Source: the human T2T-CHM13v2.0 reference genome, Homo sapiens
DNA: 64,000 nt
Direction: 5' to 3' (one strand)
NCBI RefSeq assembly: GCF_009914755.1
Contig: NC_060934.1
Positions 57,176 through 64,000 of the stretch are shown here, piece by piece (position 1 is the first letter of the stretch; each line of letters starts with the position of its first letter). Made by a program: the position numbers and the translations under genes. A model generated the notes under the pieces. That model saw only the letters and a program-made list of their open reading frames with translations. It had not been told where the DNA came from and made no database searches.

Positions 57176-58218
57176 GTTGTCAGGGAAACCTTTTTCTGAT
57201 GAGAAAGAAACATAGTTGTGTTTATGCAGATGGAAAAGTTGTAATCCAATCTTTTTTTTTCTGCTTTTCTGCTCTGATCACAGAAAGAAAAAATTCCGAG
57301 TCCTCACCTTGGCAAGATGGAGGAAAGAAAAGCTTTTGAGGGGGAATGAGATGGGACCTGCCAGTGCTTTCTCTCAGACAGTGCTGGGAGGGCTCTTCTG
57401 AGATCCCATCTCCCATTCTCTAGTCAAGATCACTGGCTCCTGCCTGGGTCCTGGCACTGGCTGATGAAGTCTCAGAATTTGCTCCTGCCCCCAGGCAGAG
57501 GCCCTCATGCAAATTTGAGCTGTTTCCAGTGCCTTCAGCCAGAAGTCCATTTTGCTTGGTGTTGGACCCTCCTCTCCTCCTGCATGCCTGCGTCTGCATT
57601 CTCCCTGTTCTCTGGTTGTTGGATGAGTGACTGCCAGACCTTCCCCTTAGGCATGCTCTTAGAGTACCTCTGTTGTTCACCTGGCATCAAACCTCCAGTT
57701 CTCCCCTGGCCCCTGGACTCCAGGTATCCTTGTCTACCTGGTCCATATCTATTAAATCTCTTATGGCCTTGGCTTCTTGGCTGTACCCATTATTTATTGT
57801 TGTATATCAAACCATCCCTCCTCATAGGGTTGTTATGAAGATTGAGAGAGCGAATACATGCAAGGCAGAAAACAATGCCTGGCCTGTAATCAGCACTCAT
57901 TGAGTTAGTGATCATAGCTATTATTATTATCCTTATTGACTCTAACTGTTCTGAAGTCTGAAGGAGCAGAATAGATTGAAACAATAAGCCATATTTTATA
58001 CCTGAAGCACCACAAGCTGAGGAAGAAGTTCAAGTTCTCCTCAAAGCAGATTTAACAAAACCAAGTTCAGTCTGAGAACCCGTGGACAGTCATTGACAGT
58101 GAAAGGAAGGCATCCCACTGTTCCCCAGGCATGGTATTTCTTTAAACCTTTCCCCATATGGTGCTTGCCCATAACAATGTGAGATATCAAATAGCAGTAA
58201 AAAAATTAACTAAAGATA

Positions 58219-58385
58219 AATTAGCCAGGCATGGTGGCGGGTGCCTATAGTCCCAGCTACTTGGGAGGCTGGCGTGAACCTGGGAGGCAGAGCTTGCAGT
58301 GAGCCATGATCGCACCACTGCATTCCAGCCTGGGTGACAGAGTGAGACTCCGCCTCAAAAAAAAAAAAATTAAATAAATAAATAA
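58219..58385 (+). mobile_element. 5'-truncated AluY right monomer with a ~13-bp internal deletion
   Basis: GGAGGCT|GGCGTGAACC junction lacks GAGGCAGGAGAAT; TAAAGATA on both flanks. Confidence 0.85.
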
Positions 58386-58492
58386 TTTATTAAAGATATA
58401 ATCTAAGAAAGGACTCAAGTGACTAGGTTATATGGAGTCATCCTGTTATCCCTGGGACAGTGGAGCTGATTGGCCAAGATACACTGGGTAAT

Positions 58493-59042
58493 TGTCAGAG
58501 GCGTTTGAATCAGAGCAACTCCATCTCAAATAGGGGATGGGTAAAATAAGGCTGAGGCCTACTGGGCTGCATTCCCAGAAGGTTAAGGTGTTCTTAGTCA
58601 CAGGATGAGATAGGAGGTCAGCACAAGATACAGGTCATAAAGACCTTGCTGATAAAACAGGTTGTGGGAAAGAAGCCGGCCCAAACCTACCAAAACCAAG
58701 ATGGCCACAAGAGTGACCTCTGGTCGTCCTCACTGCTACACTCCCACCAGCACCGTGATAATTTACAAATGCCATGGCAACATCATGAAGTTACCCTATA
58801 TGATCTAAAACGGGGAGGCATGAATAATCCACCCCTTGTTTAGCATATTATCAAGAAATAATCATAAGAATGGGCAACCAGCAGCCCTTTTGGGCTTCTC
58901 TGCCTATGGAGTAGCCATTCTTTCATTCCTTTACTTTCCTAATAAACTTGGTTTCACTTTATGGATTCACCTCAAATTCTTTCTTGTGCAAGATCCAAGA
59001 ACCCTCTCTTGGGGTCTGGATCGGCACCCCTTTCCAGTAACA
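58493..59042 (+). mobile_element. MER41 solo LTR (ERV1), probably MER41A
   Basis: TGTCAGAGGCGTTTGAA ... CCCCTTTCCAGTAACA, 550 bp, with a 4-bp TSD TAAT on both sides. It lacks the segment that MER41B carries between GGGGAGG and CATGAATAATCC. Confidence 0.88.
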
Positions 59043-61433
59043 TAATGGCTTCCAAATTGCAGGCTAGAGCTTCACTGAGGAAACTGACCGTGTTTATTGG
59101 TTATTTTGTATGTGCCAAGGACTGTGCTTGCTACCTTATGAGCATTTCCTCATTTAGTTCTTAGCACAGTCCTGTGAGGTAGAGTCTATCACTAGCTTTA
59201 GTTACAAATGAGAGAAGTGAGGATTAGGTAGTAAGAAGGTAGTAAGAGGCAAAACCCAGATTCAATCCCAGACCCATCTGACTCTACCGATAGCCTTTAT
59301 AATACAAGGCTAGGTATTCCAGCCTCAATCCTCGATAGCAAATATCCCAGTAGGAAAGGTCAGGAAAATCCTAGCTCCTTGCTCCCTGGGCAAGACAAAA
59401 GGTCACCTTCACAAGGAGATCTTTCAGAGTGCATATCTCAGGGACGATTCTGAAGGCTCACAGACACATGTGTGTATTCTGAGGTGTGAAGTTCCCAGGA
59501 GACAGGGGCAGGGCCTCTGAGGAAGAGGAGAAGAGAGGAGCTGGCAAGGAGAAGAAGACAGATGACACATGAGGCCTGAGTCCACAGAGAAGCTGTCCCT
59601 GGTAACCCGCTCTCTGCCTCCCCAGGGTAACTCCATTCCACCAGGGAGCTGCCCTAAGGGCACTGACAGTCAGACCTCTCAGCCGCCAAACCAGGAATCA
59701 GACCAGAAGTCCTTGAAGACTGAGCAGGTCCTTCCTCAGGAATAGAAAATTGTCCCCTCCAGACATAAAGGAGGGCCCCTTCAATTCGGGCTGAGCTCAG
59801 AACCACTGGATGCCCTCGGAGCCATCCAAGGTGCAGACCTCTGGCCAGGGCTTACCACCTGCCTCAAATCAAATCAGATCCACAATGTGCCAGGGTATGT
59901 GGGAGACACAGCTGTGACCCAGGCACTGCCCACCTGCAGGAGACACAAGGCACAAAGAACAGTGCAAGCAACCTGGTGAAGGAACTCGTACTCCCAGCCT
60001 GGTCCCCAGGGGAGCTTGCTGGAGGCAGCATTAAGGACAAGAAGGTTTTCAACAAACGGGGATGGGAGGGAGTCAGTTAGGATAGAACATAGGAGGGAAA
60101 CAACACGTCCAATTTGGTAGCACAGCTTTTCTGACCCCAGTGGTTTTGGAAAGATACCTAATTTCTCTGAGCCTAAATTTTCTCATCCATACAAATGGGA
60201 ATAATAGGTGCTAACTTTTCAGGTTGTGAGCAGCACCTAATGCTATGTCTGGCACATTGTAGGGACCCAGACATAGCCTTACTGATGATTATTTTTGGGT
60301 CCCCTTGGAAGGCCTCAACCTCCTGTATCTTGGTGACCACACTGCAGCCTAGGCTGTGGCCAGGACCACAGCTGAACCAGCCTCCCTGCCTCCTCAGGGA
60401 AAGCTCTTCCCAGGCCCCAGCCTGCTGCACCCCAGCCTCCCTCTATATAGGACTGCCCGGAACTCACCTGGCTGAATGACAGCTTGTCTCTGTCCTACCC
60501 CATGGTCCAGACTTCAGCAGGGTGTTCAGAGCACATTCTGGTTTCATTTAGTCGGAGGAAAGGGAGAGAGGGAAGGGAAGGCAGATAGGAAGGAAGTAGC
60601 TGCTCCTTCCTTCACAGAAACAACTGTCAGCCGAACAGCCACTGGGGCCTGGCTCTTTTTGGTTCAGTGAAATTGTAGAGGGAAACTCCTTTTCCTCAAG
60701 GGCTCTCAGGGGATTCTTAAGGGGCCTCTCGTTCATGCAGACTTCCAGAAGTTTCTAAGCGGGGTGCTTTCTGAAGCAGGAAGGAGTCGGGTATAGTGGC
60801 TATGGAGCCACAGAAATGCTTGGGGGGTAGGATGGGGAGATCAGACCACAGCCTCCATGGCTGAGGGTGAAGAGGAAGGGACAGCAGGGATCTGGGTGCA
60901 CAGCGGGACACCAGTTAAATTCTTCCCAGAGATGCTGAAGGCCAAAAATTGGACTGGAGGCTAAAAGCCTAAGAGGAAGATTCTAGAATAAACTTCTCAG
61001 CCTCCATTTGTTTCCTTCATGCCCACTAAACATCATCGGCAATGATCTCATTTATTCGCTTATGTTTTTATTGTCTGTCTCCCCAACACCTTCTAAAATG
61101 CAAGCTCCATCTCCTTTGCTGATGTCTCCCCAGCTCTGGGACGGTGCCTGGCCTATAAGAGGTGGTGGCTGCAGGAGGTGGGGTGGGAGGATTGGTGGGG
61201 AGGGGAATAGGGAAAAGGGAGGCTGTAGGATGTGAGGCCAGCAGGACATGGATGCTGCTCGCCAGGCAGGAAACCATGATGTTCTGAGGTGTGGAGACGG
61301 GGAGGAGAGCTGCTTAGGTGATGAGACAACCACTACCCTGCTGGATGGGAGGAGATGAAGGGAAAGCCTTCCTCTACTCTCAGAGACCTGACAAAGGCAC
61401 CCACTTGGCCATTCTTCACATTAAAATTTGTCC

Positions 61434-62072
<639 letters not shown>

Positions 62073-62471
62073 CAAAGAAAAAACAAGGAAAAAAGAGAGC
62101 CCAATCAGAGTGATCAACATGAGACTTGGAATAACTTTAATAGGAAATGTGTATAACTGCAAGAGGAGAATTATGCATTTTTATCGCAATTTATGAAAAT
62201 AATAAATAAGTAACAGAGAGAGATTCCATGTTCCTCAATGGAAGGGGTAAATGCTATGAATGTGTCATTTTCCCCAAACGAAGTTATGGGTTTAATGCAA
62301 TCATGACCTAAATTCTAAGAGGATTTTGCTGGAATCCTCTCATGTTTTTGTAGAAAATGTTCCTCAAATTCATCAAGAAGAATAAATGAGTGAAACTCTT
62401 CAAGAAGTTTCAAAAAATCAAGAGCAAGGGCAATGAAGAAGGATGTACCCACCAAATATTAAAACATATAA

Positions 62472-62793
62472 GGCCGGATGCAGTTGCTCACACCTGTAAT
62501 CCCAGAACTTAGGGAGGTTGAGGCAGGCAGATCACGCTCACACCTGTAATCCCAGAACTTTGGGAGGTTGAGGCAGGCAGATCACTTGAGATCAGGAGTT
62601 TGAGACCAGTCTGGCCAACATGGTGAAACCCCGTCTCCACTGAAAATACAAAAATCAGCCGGCACCCCTGTAATCCCAGCTACTCGGGAGGCTGAGGCAA
62701 AGAAGAATCACGTGAATCTGTGAGGCGGAGGTTGCAGTCAACCAAAATTGTGCCACTGCACTCCAGCCTGAGTGACAGAGCAAGATCCTGTTT

Positions 62794-62829
<36 letters not shown>
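62472..62829 (+). mobile_element. AluS with an internal 50-bp tandem duplication, followed by (TA)n
   Basis: Unit GCTCACACCTGTAATCCCAGAACTT(A/T)GGGAGGTTGAGGCAGGCAGATCAC at 62486-62535 and 62536-62585. Confidence 0.92.

Positions 62830-62871
<42 letters not shown>
62795..62871. repeat. A35 followed by ~(TA)21 at an Alu tail
   Basis: Directly visible. Confidence 0.93.
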
Positions 62872-62872
<1 letters not shown>

Positions 62873-63437
62873 CAGCTAAAATGAAAAGACACATGGATTG
62901 CTGGATATAAATGCTAACTCTATATATAAAAACACACTCTCTGATAGAGGAGACATCACAGACACAGGGAAAATATGAAATAGATGGTACTGAGATTATT
63001 ATTTAGAACTGGGGGGTATCAGTCCTACCCCAAAATAAAACCCAAATGGATTGAAAGAAAGTATAAGAAAGAAATTTCAAGTACAAATAAACCATATGGA
63101 AAAACTCTACCAAAAAATAAATTATTTCCCAAAGCTTCAGTAAGAATAATTTTTTTTAAGTTTAGAAGTTTAAGAAAATTTGGTTTGACATATTTAACTT
63201 CAAAAGCCTTAAAAGTTTGTATAAAATTTCAAAACCTTTGTATGTGTTGAGTAATTCCCCAAAATGAAAACAAACCACTCATATAAGGGAAAATACCTGC
63301 ATTGAAGATAATAAATGATTACTATCCATATTATATAATTTGCCCATGCAAATCAATGAGAAAAACTTTGTATCCAATAGACGTATGGAGAGGGGAAATT
63401 GGCAAACACTTCACAGAAGAAATTCTAATTTAGTAGA

Positions 63438-64000
63438 TGCTATATATAGACTGAATGTTTTTGTGCCCCCTCAAAATTCATATGTTGAAATTGTAACCCT
63501 CCAATGTGATGGTATCTGGAGGTGGGACCTTTGAGAGGTCATGAGGGATCAGTCCTCATGAATGGGCTCATGCCTGATATGGTTTGGCTTTGTGTCCCTT
63601 CCCAAATCTCATGTCAAATTGTAATGTCCGGTGTTGGAGGAGGGGCCTGGTGGGGTGTGATTGGATCATGGGGGCAGACTTCCCCCTTGCTGTTCTCATG
63701 ATAGTGAGTGAGTTCTCACAAGATCTGATTGTTTAAAAGTGTGTAGCATTTCCCCCTTCTTTCGCTCTCTCCTGCCACCATGTGAAGATGTGCCTGTTTT
63801 CTCTTCGCCTTCCTTGTAAGTTTCCTGAGGACTCCCCAGCCACACTTCCTGTACAGCCTGTGGAACTATGAGTCAATTAAACCTCTTTTCTTCATAAATC
63901 GCCCAGTCTCAGGTAGTTCCTTATAGCAATGTGAGAACAGACTAATACAATGCCCTTATAAAAGAGACCCCAGAGAACTCTCTCATCCCTTCTGCCATGT
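63438..64000 (+). mobile_element. MLT1A-like MaLR LTR, interrupted by the MST element and running off the window end
   Basis: TGCTAT...GACTGAATGTTTTTGTGCCCCCTCAAAATTCATATGTTGAA; resumes as GCCCTTATAAAAGAGACCCCAGAG. Confidence 0.78.
63575..63949 (+). mobile_element. MSTA-like MaLR LTR nested inside an MLT1A-like LTR
   Basis: TGATATGGTTTGG ... GACTAATACA with 5-bp TSD ATGCC (63570-74 and 63950-54). Confidence 0.87.

Overview
Primate DNA, almost certainly human, from inside the tolloid-like 2 gene (TLL2, an astacin/BMP1-family metalloprotease) on the minus strand. Eight coding exons were reconstructed from GT-AG boundaries and frame continuity: 49229-49306, 34777-34932, 30598-30715, 24517-24695, 22924-23029, 14496-14620, 11671-11786 and 6548-6650. 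Together they are 981 nt (327 codons), probably exons 3-10; the numbering is from recall. They encode the end of the prodomain, the RVRR furin site, the whole astacin catalytic domain ([11 protein letters not shown] zinc motif, SIMHY Met-turn) and most of CUB1. The first exons and the 3' exons lie outside the window. The rest is intronic and rich in repeats: about 20 Alus, several L1 fragments, a full-length HERV-K(HML-2) LTR5-family solo LTR, a MER41A solo LTR, MaLR LTRs, DNA-transposon relics and a ~720-bp interrupted (CT)n tract. No evidence of a novel multi-gene system was found, and nearly all ORF-track entries are repeat-derived noise. The best leads are: (1) the LTR5 has inverted rather than direct flanks and points antisense toward exon 10; (2) the very long A-free CT tract; (3) a second open frame across exons 3-5 with a splice-created strong Kozak AUG; (4) in-frame exon 4, which carries the furin site, sits between inverted Alus; (5) a weak exon 7 donor followed by ~95 open codons; (6) candidate E-box, CTCF, DUX4 and GAS regulatory sites.
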